Source of the DNA: Raillietiella orientalis
Lineage: Eukaryota
Assembly: GCA_036172245.1 (NCBI GenBank)
Contig: JAYWIR010000040.1
Coordinates: 1,116,001 to 1,180,000 of the forward strand
Length of the DNA: 64,000 nucleotides
Reading direction: 5' to 3'
Under the pieces are notes generated by a model that had not been told where the DNA came from, did not search any database, and saw nothing but the letters and a program-made list of their open reading frames with translations. The translations under genes were made by a program, and so were the position numbers. This document shows positions 1 through 12,330 of the stretch, in pieces (the stretch's first letter is position 1; each line of letters opens with the position of its first letter).

Positions 1-3000
1 GAATGCTGGCAGCCGTTGCCATGTCGGTATTGTCCACTTTTTGCGCAGGAATTCTCTTTCAGCGTGTCGCGTTCCCACTATGTACACACGGAAGGTCAAA
101 AACTGATAAAGGGGGCAATAATTGCGGAAGTGGTCCCTCTGTGGCCCACGTCGTATGGCGAATGGGAAGCGATCCCATAGACGTCGAGGTGTATGGTGAG
201 GTGTAGCATGGCTCGGGGGCGCACCCCAAGACGAAGCCCGAACAGCAATCCGATGGCAGTGCTTAGGATATTGACATGACACAGGCCTCAGGGGAAAGTT
301 ACCGCGCCTACTCTTGTTCTGGCTTGCCCAGCCAAACTCGCCCTGAGAACTTCATGAACTCCCGGCGCCGAACATTTGCTACGTTGAAACAGACGTGGCG
401 CACTGATGAGTTGTTTGCTTAACCGCCGAAGAGAAATTATTTCACGATCGCTCCCGCATCAAAGGGAACGATTGGCTGCGCAGAAAAAGAGAAAGTGAAT
501 TCTCATCGTGTTCACTTTGAACTCTCTTGCTTTGCTTTGTGTGACTTGCGCGACCGATGACGACGGTTTCATTTAGGAGACACAACGTATCTCCCAACCA
601 TGCTGCTGCTTCATCTTAACCGCAAACAGAATCCTGCAGTTTTGTGTGTGTTTTCCAGCATAATGCGTATATGTGCGATGGAGCTACGCTGGAACGTTCT
701 TCGCTTCCCGCCCTCGTGAGTGTTGCAGTAAACACTCTTTCGCTTCATGATCCGTTTCGGATTCCAACCGACATTTCGAAAGGCCATCAAACGTTTCTGT
801 TCTTCGCCGTTCCGACTTTTCGGTTGCTCTTCGTCTATTCGTCACGACGGCGCTCGGAGGTCGAGGCGGACTCTGTGTTCCTTTCCTAAGCTCCTCGGCG
901 GCGAACCCGACCCCCTCTGGCGGGTGGCTGGCGGCACCATCGCTCCTCCGCCGAAGCGGTCGTGCGTGGTGCCCATCCACCATCGTGTCCTTAGCGCACA
1001 CTCTTCGCTTATCACCACTGGAAACGGGGACTCTGCTCGTTTCGTTTGACTCTCACTGCTCGCCAGTCGGAGGTGCGTTCGGGTAGGGAAGGCGCGAAGG
1101 GTAAGCGTTGGCGAAAGCCTTCTTTTCATGTGGTAACATGCAGTGAAACAGATGCCCTCTGGCGTAGCAGTCGGGAGCAAAGATAGCTTCGTCAAAAAAG
1201 AGTGGAGCTTCTTGAAACTCATCCAGCTCATTCCTGTTCCCCCGTTCGGTTCTCGACCACCTCTCTTTTCAGTGAATACGAAGGGATTTCCGTGCCTTTT
1301 CATTTTTCTCCCTCATCTTGGTCGCTGTTTCTCACGGCTGCACGCATCAGTGAACCTTGCTTGCTGCTGCACCCTTTATGACGCTGCATTCACCCTGATG
1401 GGCATTTTCTTTCTTTCATGTTTTATTTTTTGTGCACTACATGTGGCGGTGGATGGGCCATTATTTTCTTAAAGAGGCTTCCTTGGAAACCGGAGAGAAC
1501 ATCTTTCCGAGCAGGGCCTGCACAAATGCCACGGAGTCGTAAAACCAGATGCAGTGGCTTCCGGTTCAGCCTTGAAGGTCCGGAGGCTGCGAAGCTGCTG
1601 CTGCGTGTTTCCGATTAGCCACCTTCCTCCCCCAACGGATGTTTTCCAGCAGCGCGGGGCAGCAGGTTGTGGCTAGAGTGTCAGCTTGCCTGGTAAAGCC
1701 ACTGCTGTCACGCTGGTGACGTCCTCACTTCCCAGATCGAGACGCGAAAATTCCGATCATTCAGAGCTCCTTGTGTGGACATTCTTTGGTGTGTGTGTTG
1801 GAAAGGGGGGGGGGAAGGCAAGAAAGAGTGTTGGCGACTGGTGATTGTCCAGGTTTGACGATCGTGCGCGCAAACTGCACGGAAAGGAGAATTTCGTCCG
1901 TCTTTCTCCTCCGTTTCAGGTGTTCCCGTGTGCGTGTGCTTTTCTCTTCGCGCGATGTAGGGGTCGTCTTTACCTCCCCGACCACCATGCCACTCCTCCC
2001 CATCGGATTCCCACCAGACCTCCATCGGTCCTTCCCTTCGCTTGAATCCCGTCCTGCGCAACGAGACGGCTCTGGAAGGTGCTCGGAAATGATGGTGGGC
2101 ATCCAGGATCCGGCTTCCCCAACACGGAACGGGTTCTCCCGTTCCTCCACCTGACGCCCAAGGGCTTCTCTAACAGAGATGGTGTGAGCAAGCATCACGT
2201 CCTTTTTTGCCTCCTTCAAGGAGGGTGAATGGCTCATGCGCGTCGTGTTCTTGGTCGGAGGAGGTGCCTGCGAACGGAGCCGGGGAGGGGGGAGACCTGC
2301 GCGTACGGGGATGACACGGAAAGCAACGAATCCCCTCCACGCGAAATACAGTGAAGGGTGTGGTGCCCGGGAACAGAGGGAAGCCGAGATCACTCCTAAC
2401 CGATGTCGGTGCCTATGCGTGCAGGGCGGAGCTGCTCTTCGACGGAACTCTCTCGAAGAAATGGTTTCTTCGAAGAGTCCGATCTTCGATCCCCTGCTGT
2501 CCCTCTCATTCCACCCATGTCGGTCCAGCATCCCACGCAAACGCTTTCTCGGTAATGCCGTTAAATTTGCTGTTTCACCGTTTTTTTTTTGTGTGTGTGT
2601 GTGTGTGTTTTTTTTTAGGGTGAATGATCTGGAACGAAGCGCTTTATTCTTGTTGCATCATCTTATGACCTTTAGAGCGTCTTTTATGATCTCGCCGTGA
2701 ATCTTTCGAGAATGTGGCATACCATGTGACACATTTGTGGCATAAGCGCCAGCAGAAGCACAGAGTTTCAAACGGAGAATTTCGTCTTCGCATACGCGAA
2801 GTTTGTCAGTTCCCACAGGGCGTGGGTCCTTGTCATGGCAGTGGTCACTGGTCAGGAGCAGAGCGGAAGTCCCTGTGAAGTTGCTTCCTTTCTAAACAGA
2901 CTCGCGTTGGCAGTCTGCGAACAGGCGAGTTTACAGGAAGAAACATTAAGTGTGTGTGTTCCCGAGGTTCCACGTAAACCTCATGACGTGTTCGCCGAAG

Positions 3001-3503
3001 AAAGGTTCCACTGTCAAGCTGAAGGCCGGAAGGTTGAAGGTTGAATGCGGAAATTGCATTCGTCAATTATATCTTCCGCGGACCATCGTAATGAAGACGT
3101 GCTGGAGACTGTGTGAAAGCTCCGGATTCGGGGGAGCCGATCGTTTCAGCAGCTGTGTGTCCAGGTCGTTCTATGTGTCACTACGCTCTTCATTTTTCCA
3201 CATGCCGGACGCACCTCCGACCGCATGTCGGCTGTGGGCGAAGACCAGGAGACGGAAGGAAGGAAAATTCATCTCCTGATGGCGGCTCGAAGAAGACGCA
3301 CGGGGATGAGCGGGCGCCTCCGCCGCTCTGCGGCGGTGCCGCACTGAACACCGGGAATCAACCTGTTCCCTTTTCACGTGAGGTTAAATTTAGAATGGCA
3401 AGTACTCGATTTCTGTACTCGAAGGTGGAAGTGTGTCTAAAGCGCAGCAGTAGTCAGAGAAATTTCCGTTCCGAACTGTCTTTGCGATCGCTGCTTAGCA
3501 CTT

Positions 3504-3725
3504 ATGGAAGAATTGATGCCAGTGTTGGTGTATGTACGCAATTATCGATCCCAACGACGCAGGTTGGGTCAGAAACGTCGCGACAGTGTTCTGACCCAGT
3601 CTGGTTTCGACCGCCAGCTATCGGTAGAAAAATCGGATGCTGCTCCTCCCTGTTGTCTGTTGCCACGGTGGCTCTCTAAAGACATCAATTTGTTTCGAAC
3701 CGGCGATGAGCTAACTTCTCTCGAG
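3504..3725 (+). CDS. Candidate first coding exon of the LRRFIP gene (74 codons)
   Basis: ATG at 3504 opens a stop-free frame ending in phase 0 at a strong donor GAG|GTAAGA (3726), compatible with the phase-0 acceptor at 5366. No homology recognised. Confidence 0.35.
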
Positions 3726-5365
3726 GTAAGATGTTTCGACACGTTCTCGCGTCTGCATCGGGGCCGGCGCCGATCCTCCGTCCTAACGAAGTCAATTTGC
3801 CGGGTCCCCTCTCCCCCCCTCTCCGCATGGCAGGGAAGAAAGAAGTTGGCAGTGTGTTCCTTCCGCGTTCTCTGACCTGGTAAAAGACGAATTTTAATCA
3901 GCGGTGCGACTCTCAACTGATAATTTCGCACTCACCGCACAGGGGGAGGGAAAAAAAAGGAAAAAAAAAGTGTTTGACCTTCGGTGTTTGATGGACAGGT
4001 GCTCGAATGCATCGAAAGAATTCTCTCAGTAGTGCTGTACGTTGCATTTCCAAGCGGGGAGTTCAGCCGTGGCCCTCCATTACGCATCAATCATTGCAAA
4101 CCGACTCGCAAAACCGGGTTCGCAAGTCGTGATGAATATTCGGCTATTAAATGCCTATATGATGGCGAGCGGTGAGCCGTCTGCCCTTCCTGGCCAAGTG
4201 AATCTTGCACGGTGGTCACCTTCCCGGAAGGTGGTTCTGTCCGTTCAAGTTCCTTTCGAACCATCCACGTTTGCAAGCGTATACAGGAGGAAGGAGTGCG
4301 CACACCCTCGCTGCTGCCTGCCGCCTCCAAGAGTGCGCACCGCTGTTTGATTTATCAAGACGTGTGGTGGCCAAAGCCTTCCACGTAGGCTGAGTTGTGG
4401 CTATAACACTCCAGGCATTTCCCCGACAAAACGTTCAAACGCTTGATCGCACAGAACTCGTGCTTGGCGTAGCTGTTGTGTCTTCCGAGTCTCGTGGGGC
4501 TGAGACGGGGGAAGCTTTCTCCCTGGACCCCTCTAGAGTTTTTTCCTTTTCCTTCCTTTTTCCTTTGGTTAAAATTCTGCTGTTGTTTCGGTGGTCCGGA
4601 AAGCGGAAAGGACGCGCGCGCAGCGTGTGCAAGAGCTTGGGCGTGTACATTCACCGAGGTGATGGTGATAAGATTATCGCGTTCTGTTACGGGATGGCCC
4701 CAAATACTGCGGATATTTTCGTATATTTTAAAAGAACTTATTCATGTTTCCAGATCAGATGTCTTTCAAAGATCAGTTTTCACATCAGATGAACGAGGCT
4801 GTGCCTCCTTTCTCTTCTGTCCCAAGTGCGATGCATGGAGTGATGAGGTATCACTGTGATTATCAGCCTTGTAGGTCTCGAATCATATGTTGTCATACTG
4901 CGATTGAAGCTCGAGAACTCGTTGATTAAAAGAGGAATCGTCCCTTTCCTTCGTAGTAAGTGAGAGTTGCTTTGAGAAGTCAGCAACGGCATTAGGTAGA
5001 CCTCACTCGTTTTCACGGGGGCGGTCGTGGAAATCTGTACGGATGCAGCTGGGTGTTCCCGAAAGTAGAGGATCGGGTGGTCCGCGAAAATTCTGCAAGG
5101 ACGTACGAGTGGGAAGATTAGGATGTGCAGTTGGTCTCTCACGCATCTTCAGCTACCAGAGCCTCTCTCTCGGCTTGCTTGTTTTCGTTGTGCTTGTAGC
5201 TCTTTATGCGAAGTGTCCAACGGTTCTCCTCCCGGAAGACTTTTTTCTTCCTTTCGAGAACCTCAGGTGTTAAATCGTTCGGAGGAAACATCCAGGAGTG
5301 GAAAATCTTTCACTTGATCCATCCTCACAGCTACTCAGCGAACGTGTGTTTTTTAACTCTTTCAG

Positions 5366-8300
5366 GCAGAAGCCCGAAATACCGCTCTTTGGCAAGCCCG
5401 GAACGAAGCCCGAGAAATTCGATGTCAAGAACTGGAGAAGCAGCAGCAAAAGGATGCTGAAGAAACGGAATCGAGTTACGAATTTCCGAACAACCGATCT
5501 ACGAAGCACTTTGCATCTTCCAGAGGCCACTTGCACACTTCCAATGCTTCCAGCTATACTTCTAGCCGGAGGAATTCAGAAGACAGCAGTGAGTCTGATC
5601 ATCTGGGGACGAGCGTCAAGGATTTAAAAGTTAGTGAAACTCTTGTTTAAAATATCCATGGCAGTCTGACCCTGCTTGCATGGGGCTTGCCCTACTCGTG
5701 TGCCCTGTTTAGAGGGGCATCCATCTGTTGGCGGTCGAAAAAAAAAAAAAAAAAAAAAATGCGGGGATGACGAGCAATCAAAGCGTTAATGTTTGCATGG
5801 GACCGCTGTGCTTGTTCTGGTCATCCTGGTGCCATTTTGAGGCAAGCGCTTTCGGAAAGGATTTTCCCAAAAATGTCTTTCGGAAAGCTCCGATCAGATA
5901 GATCGGAGCTTTCCGACTTCAAAGCGCCTTCCGCTTAACAGCTCTAAAATTCGCCAACCTCCCTCTTGCACTTCATGGAGTTCCGCTCGTAACTCGTGCC
6001 GTTTGCTTGTCTCTCTTGCAGCATGAGATCAAGGTCCTCGAAGAAAAATTCAAGAACACGATGATCAACAACGTCCAACTGGAAAACGAAAAATCGGCCT
6101 TGAGCTATCAGGTCAGCATGTTTAAAGACCAGATAATGGAGCTGGAGGAAACTTTAGAGCTGTGCAAGGTAAGCTCTGGCGATTCGGTCGATGCGCGCGG
6201 ATCCCGCGTTTCTCATCGTTCATGCCGCGTTGCGTGCGTGTGCATCTGTGGTGCGAGATTTTCGTATTTCGAGTGCATCTTCCTCGCATCGTCTTTCTTC
6301 CGTTGGTCCTTCTTGCGTTGTTTGCGTGCAGGGCGAGCTGTCTGACGAAATCACTTGACCCCTTCCTTTCCGCAATTCAGAGCCGTCTGGTTCCCTCCAG
6401 CCGGTCATGCGTGGTTTATCTTCACTGCGTAAATGAACGCCCTCGTCGATGCCGGGATTTCCTTTCCATCAAATCATCTGAGGCCAAATCGTGTTGAGTC
6501 GTCCACGTGGTAGGAAGTGCTTGCAATTCGGTGAACGGCCAGCGACAAGACCTGGGGAGCCCAGCGCAGCCAGGCCAAAAAAAAAAAAAAAAAGACGCGT
6601 CTGCCGTCGCCAGGCGGTTCTCATTTGTTTATGGGTTCGTGGTGAGCCCCGCACCTTCAGGGGGATCGTTGCATCGAGTGGCCACTTACTTCGCACCCGG
6701 CTGCGTGTCTCCAGAAATCTAAGGACGTTTCCCGCGAGTTCTTCCAGCGCGTTGCGCCGTGCTGTCTCTCTCCGTAACTCTGTTCGTACTTGGGTTGATT
6801 GCATTCCTCCCCTGTTATCCAAAATAACTTTCGAATCATCCAGAAGTATGCGCCACAGCCTCTCTCTCCCTCTTTCTCTCCCTTGCGGAGGTCGCAAAGC
6901 GAGATTTCCCTGTTTTCCTGAGAATGCCGGCTGAAGTGTGTGTGTGTGTGTGTTTTTCCCGCGTGTTGCTTCTGCTTCGAGCCGCCTTCCGTCCGCTCTT
7001 CTGCTTTCCGACTCCTCAGACGGCTCTCCCTGCCCATTCTTCCCGTCTTCGATTGGGGGGGGGGGGGGGGAGAGCAGCCACATGGAGCAAACGAATCTCA
7101 TGCCCGCGACGAGCTCTCCTCGCTCATTCGTCGCAGTTTGCATGCATTTTCGGCAGCGATTTCCTCCGTGTGGAGCGTACGCTGTACGTGCGGATGCGGT
7201 GTGGATCCCGTGCGGAGGGCAAGTGGCCCGTGGACGGACGCCTTCCTTGTTTACGACCTGCAGTGCTACGCGCGCGTTCTCTTCGTCCGCCCGGGTGAAT
7301 TTCCTCGCCGGTACTCGGTGTGCTCTCTCGCAAGCAAGAAGTTCGGGGTACCCGGGAAGCGGAAGGAGGAATGGCACGGCTTCCGAGACGATGGCCTCCG
7401 GTTGACGGCTGCAAAATCGAGGCGCTCCTGTTGTGGTAGGGGTGGGGGTGGGGGTGGGGACAAAGAGAGAAAGAGAGAGACCCCCAGTAGGAGCTCCTTG
7501 AGGATGATTCGCATCCCACTATCTTTTGTGGTTTCAGAGAGAAAGCTCTAATAGGAAACGAGACTTGGAGCTGGGGAAACACAGGAACAGGGAGCTGGAA
7601 ACGGAGAACACGTTACTCAGACACGAAACAAGTGAGTTGCTGGAACTTCTCAAGGTAATTATGTAAAATTATAAATAATGCTAGTAATTATTGTCATCAG
7701 CCTTCTGTGATACAACATGCTTTCTATTGCATAGCAAAATGGGCTAGTCATAATGGGCGTCGAAGAGGAAGGGACGGAAGGTCAGATAGTCTGGAAGAAA
7801 ATATTGGTTTCAGAAAACTCGGCACGGATGCTGGAAGAATCCGAAGGAACTCTCGGTAATTTCCTTTGACTTCATTCGGCTCGCTTCAGGAAGGAGCGCT
7901 TCGCGTGGAAAACGCGCGTCGCAGCGGTTGCTTTTCAATGCGCTGAGCAGGAAGTCGGGACGAATCGCGCAAGCGGAAGCTGCGTCTGCCGGCGGCTCTC
8001 ATGCGACTTCCTTTCCCTTGCATTTGTGTAGAGACGAAGCTGAAGCGCCTGGCGGAGCTAAAAAACGATCTCGAGGATCGAATACGACGATTGAAACTTG
8101 ATCTCGAGGAAGAGAAAAGCAAAAGTCTCAGGATCTCGAAAGGGAGTTCCAGTTCTCTGCCTAATGGACCGGAAATAGACATGCTCGAAATCCAAAGTAC
8201 GTTAGCGAGTTCGCGTCGCCTTGTCATGCACAGCCACGCGCGCGGCGGTATTTCAGGAGAAACAAACAGGATAGTCGCTGATTCCAGATTCCGGCTGCAG

Positions 8301-10252
8301 AAAGTGGAGCAGGAACTGGCGGCATCGCAAGCCCTCGTAAGTGTCGGGCTGGGGCATGCGTCATCCACGGTGGACGCGCGCACGTCTTCCTGTATGCGTG
8401 GCGCGCGCGCTGCGGGCGAGCCCTGCGTCGCGGATTCCCCGCGAGAGAGCGCGTTGCTCGCGTTCGGGTCCGTCCCACACCCCCTGGGGGATCGCCTTTG
8501 GGAGCAGCAGCAGCAGCAGCCTTCCTACGCGGAAGGTTCCCCTCCCCCCCCCCCATAAAGCCCCTCGAGCGAGCGAGCGAGCGGCAGCAGGACCGTTTGC
8601 TGCGCCAGGTGTCACACGCATGCCTGTGCCGCCACACTTGCAGCCACTCTTCTTTATGCGTTTATTTACTTTTTTTCTCTCCCTCTCGCTCGCTCTCCCT
8701 TCGTTGTAAATGGAGCGGAGGTCCCTGCGTATCCATGCCAACGGTATCCTCCGCAGCAGCAGCTGCTGCTGCTGCTGCTTCTGCGTTCTGATGCTGATCG
8801 AAAACTTTGCCTGTTCCGCTCCCTTCCCTGGAGCGCATGCGGTGCAGAAGAGCGTTGGGGTCTTTCGTTCCGTGGTTAAAATGCCACATAGTCAGGGGGG
8901 CTCGCGAGGAGGCGAACGCTGTTGCAGATTCATCCGATCTCTTCCCCCGTCCGCCGATGGAGCCGTTCTATTTTTAACTCCCGCCGCTTCCTTTGGTAGC
9001 CTCGGCGCCTCCTTCCTCGTCTCTGCGCGCTGGCTGCTGCTGAAGATCCTTCCCGCCCGGCTGGAAAGCTTCGGCCAGAATGCTCCCCGTCATGGCTGCG
9101 CGCTGCTCACGCAAAGCGCAAACTCCTCCACCCAGCCTCTGCCCCCTCGGCAACTGCTCCTTGGATACGCGTGGCATCCTTTTCGTTACTTTTCTTTTCT
9201 CTCCCCGTTTGTTTTGTTCTCTTTTTTTTTTTTTTTTTTTTTCCGAACTCGAACGCGCGCAGATGCACTCCCGTTCCTACGTAAGAGACATCCCGGGATG
9301 GTGGCTTTCTTGCCGGTTTCCGGGGGTCCACGGGGCTTGGACGCCGGGTCATGTCCTCCCCGGCACGAACTCGCAAGGAATCTCCGCTGTTCGAAGCCCT
9401 CTTTTCCCTTCGTTAATGTGGATTGCGTGACATCGTCCGTTCTCGCGGGAGAAGAAACGGGAGGAAGGAGAGGAGCGTTCGACGGCGGCGGAGTCGACTC
9501 AGAAGATGGGTCCCTCCTCTTCCTGTTCCTCCCGGAAGCACCGTCTCGCGGAGCACACCGGCCACCTTCGCGAGCCGCACGTCTCCGCCCACGGACCTTG
9601 CGGGTCGGCCGAGGAAGACCCGGGATCCAGGCCGTTTGCGAAGTGACGGCCCATCCGCCCTTCGGGTACCAGGCGACCCCGACGCCGGAGTGCTCACGTT
9701 TTGCTGACCCGACGCCCCAGCCTCTCCGCATGCCTAACTCCGGGCCTGTGTTTCCAGACAACCAGGCTGGAGGGACAGATATCGAGGTTCAAAAGCCAGG
9801 CGGAAGCGGCGGAGAAGAACGAGGAGAACCTGAAGGTGGAAAGAAGGAAGCTGCAGAGAGAGGTGAGCACGGGATCGCCCTCGCGACGCGCGCACGCGCG
9901 CGCGACCTTCACGGGGACGGAGGAGGGCAGATACACAAGAGAAATGTCGCCCGCTGGCCAGTTCAGTGGACGTCGTTCGACCCTCCTCCTCCCCCCCTCT
10001 TTCTCTCCCCTCGCTGGCCTCTTGGGCTATCCGGGAAACGAGACTAGTCCTCTCTGAACAGAGAGGGAGCGTACCCCTCCTCTTCCCCGAGCCTCGCGTC
10101 CCAGCGTGACCGAGACTGTTCCTGTTCTCTGCGTTTTCCAGCTCCGGGAAGCCCAGTCCAGAATCGAGGAGCTAGAAACCTGCAAGTCCCACCTGGAGAA
10201 GAGGCTGGACAAGCTGAAGAACGCGCGTTCCACCTTGCTGAAAGAGCTGTAA
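5366..10252 (+). CDS. LRRFIP2: Leucine-rich repeat flightless-interacting protein (LRRFIP2/DUF2051 coiled-coil family); first coding exon uncertain
   Basis: Phase-consistent GT-AG exons 5366-5629, 6022-6168, 7538-7654, 7735-7855, 8032-8196, 8257-8336, 9758-9862, 10142-10252 (TAA) give 369 aa. Motifs AEARNTALWQARNEAREIRCQELEKQQ, EEKFKNTMINNVQLENEKSALSYQV, NGLVI, RLEGQISRFKSQAEAAEKNEENLKVERRKLQRE and HLEKRLDKLKNARSTLL align by eye with LRRFIP1/2 in the correct order. Confidence 0.9.
5880..5916. other. Perfect 16-bp inverted repeat (5-nt loop) in an LRRFIP intron
   Basis: TCGGAAAGCTCCGATC-AGATA-GATCGGAGCTTTCCGA. Confidence 0.85.
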
Positions 10253-11023
10253 CGGCGTCAGCGGCGGCGGTGGCTCCTGCGCGTTGAGGGGCGCAGCTTT
10301 TGCAGTCATCGGATCTTGTGATAGGCGCGCGAGCGCGCGCACTCTCGAAGGGTGATGCTCTCTCTCCCCGTGTGCCTCGCCCTCTCTCCCTTCCACCCCT
10401 ACTCTCTCTCCCCCTCCCTCCCTCCATGCCTTTCGCCCCTCCCTTTTCCCCCCGGCGGCGCAACTAAGCGGCCATCGGGCAGAGGCAAAAAAGGGAAGCG
10501 CCGCCGCCGCTGCAAAACCGGCGAGTGACGGGGGTGAGAAGAAGGAGGAGGAAGGGGGTATCGGTGTCCGAAACGTGCCATTGGAAGACTTTGCCTGACG
10601 TCGCAGACTGTCGTCAGATGACCCGCTCACTCTGCGCCTGCCCTCGAAGACTTTCTCGCGCGGGCCGCCACCCTTGCCGTGGGCTTGGTGGTGCTAGCGA
10701 GCTGATAGAAGCCTCCCCACCCACCCTCCACCACCCCTGTTTCCATTTCTCTCTTTTTTTTTCGTTCTCTTTGGTTCCACCCACTCAGAAGGTACCTGAT
10801 TGCCCTCCTCTCCCATCCCAGTCCTCTTTTTCTTACTACTGTTCTTCATTTCCGTTCCCGCTTTTCGTTTCTCTGGATTTCCGGCGTCTTCTTCGTACGG
10901 GAGGAAGGCTCCATGAGACTCCATGGGGAAATCGACTATGACGGGGAATGGCTGGAGCATCTACGTGGTTCCCAAGTATTTCCCGCTGCAGAGCAGATAT
11001 AATTTTTTAATGATTGCGTTGTT

Positions 11024-11033
11024 AATAAATAAA
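11024..11033 (+). terminator. Probable polyadenylation signal of LRRFIP (overlapping AATAAA pair)
   Basis: AATAAATAAA in a local AT-rich patch ~770 nt after the stop codon. Confidence 0.55.
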
Positions 11034-11960
11034 GGAAAACACGTGACTGTGCTGCGTCACCGCCGGGTGATGCTCGTCCTCCTCTGCCCTTCGCACAGGT
11101 CTTCAGGAGCTCTTCGCTCCTTTCTCGTGGCGGCGGACTTCCGTTTACTCCATTGAAGGGGAGATGGCCCTCTTCCCCAGCTGATGAAAGTGGGAGTCGC
11201 GAAAGATACCCGGGAGGAGCAGCTTCTTCCTTGTCGTTTTAGAGGAAGGCTTAGCAAGCATCCCCTCCCTTCCTCCGCCCCCAGCACCCTCGTCTTTTCC
11301 CCTCTTTCAGCGACAGGGAGAAAAGAAAGGTCCGCAATCTGCTGCTGTTGATTTCCGGGTGCGGAGACCTCGGTCCTCCGGGAGCGCGCATGCGAAACCT
11401 CTTCCTGTTCCTTCCATCAGATGGGGGCGCGCGCGAGGCCGAACGACATCCTTCTCATCCCGCTGCAGTGGTGGTCGTTCGGACGGATGCAGAGCACTCC
11501 CGGATCCGAGTCTCAAGATGCCCTTGCGAAGGGCAAGGCTCTTTGTTGAACTGTCCTTGCTCCAGAAGTTCACGCCCCTCCTCTTCCTCCTCACCCGTCC
11601 CTGGAGGGATGCCGTGGAAGGATCTCTGCGCGCGAAGAGGAAGCCATGGACGCGTTCCGCCGGGGAAAGAAGAATTTAAGGGGGAGGAGGGAACGCAGTA
11701 TTCGCTCAGCGCTGGGGTAACTCCTCTTCCCGAAAAACGACGCTTGAATCCCGACTTGGCCCTCGCGGCCCCACTCGGCCTGCTGCAGGCAGTCGATCTG
11801 TTGCACCGATGCGGGAGGCAGCTGTCTTCCCGCAAGTAGGTGGCAGCGGCGGAGGAACACCCAGACCGAGGTGATGCCTTCGAATCTTCCGTGCGTTCTT
11901 CCTCCTTCCCTCCGTCGTCGTCCTCATTGGCTGGAATTTACGGGCTGGCAGATACACAAT

Positions 11961-12330
11961 TCACTTCGAGCTCATGTACAGCTTGGTGCAGCTTTCGTGC
12001 CTTCCGAGACGGTAGCCAGTTCTCCGGGCATCAGCAGGCGCACCGCCGTCTGCACTTCCCGTCTAGTGATGGTCCCTTGCGCTTGCTGTAGCGGGGCGGG
12101 CAGGATGCTTGTGCTGTGATACGCTTGAAGATGTCATTCTCGAAGCTCTTCATAATCGACATGGTCTTGCTGGAGATTCCCGTATCCGGATGCACCTGCT
12201 TCAAAACTTTATAGATGTAGATGGTGCAGCTCTCCTTCTTCCGCTTCTTATTCTTGTCTCGCTTCGTGCTGTTCTTCTGCGCCTTGCCTGCCTTCTTCGC
12301 TGCTTTGCCACCACCTGACTTCGGGGCCAT
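11961..12330 (-). pseudogene. H2B: Histone H2B pseudogene (orphon)
   Basis: [20 protein letters not shown]...[39 protein letters not shown] is clearly H2B. After YSKR the frame shifts, and a second frame gives [28 protein letters not shown] (KH missing), then a further small indel near the end before MSSK-TGA. Many substitutions fall at near-invariant residues. Intronless. Confidence 0.9.

Noticed and set aside
4840..4930. GTGATGA C-box, possible intronic C/D snoRNA
   Set aside because: No CTGA D-box or terminal stem at a suitable distance.
8710..10047. 445-aa plus-strand ORF
   Set aside because: Mostly LRRFIP intron with poly-T and (GCT)n; the real exon 9758-9862 is in another frame.
11181..11210. 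CTGATGA...CGAAA hammerhead ribozyme-like core (also CTGATGAG at ~404)
   Set aside because: Stem II closing pair and stems I/III cannot be formed.
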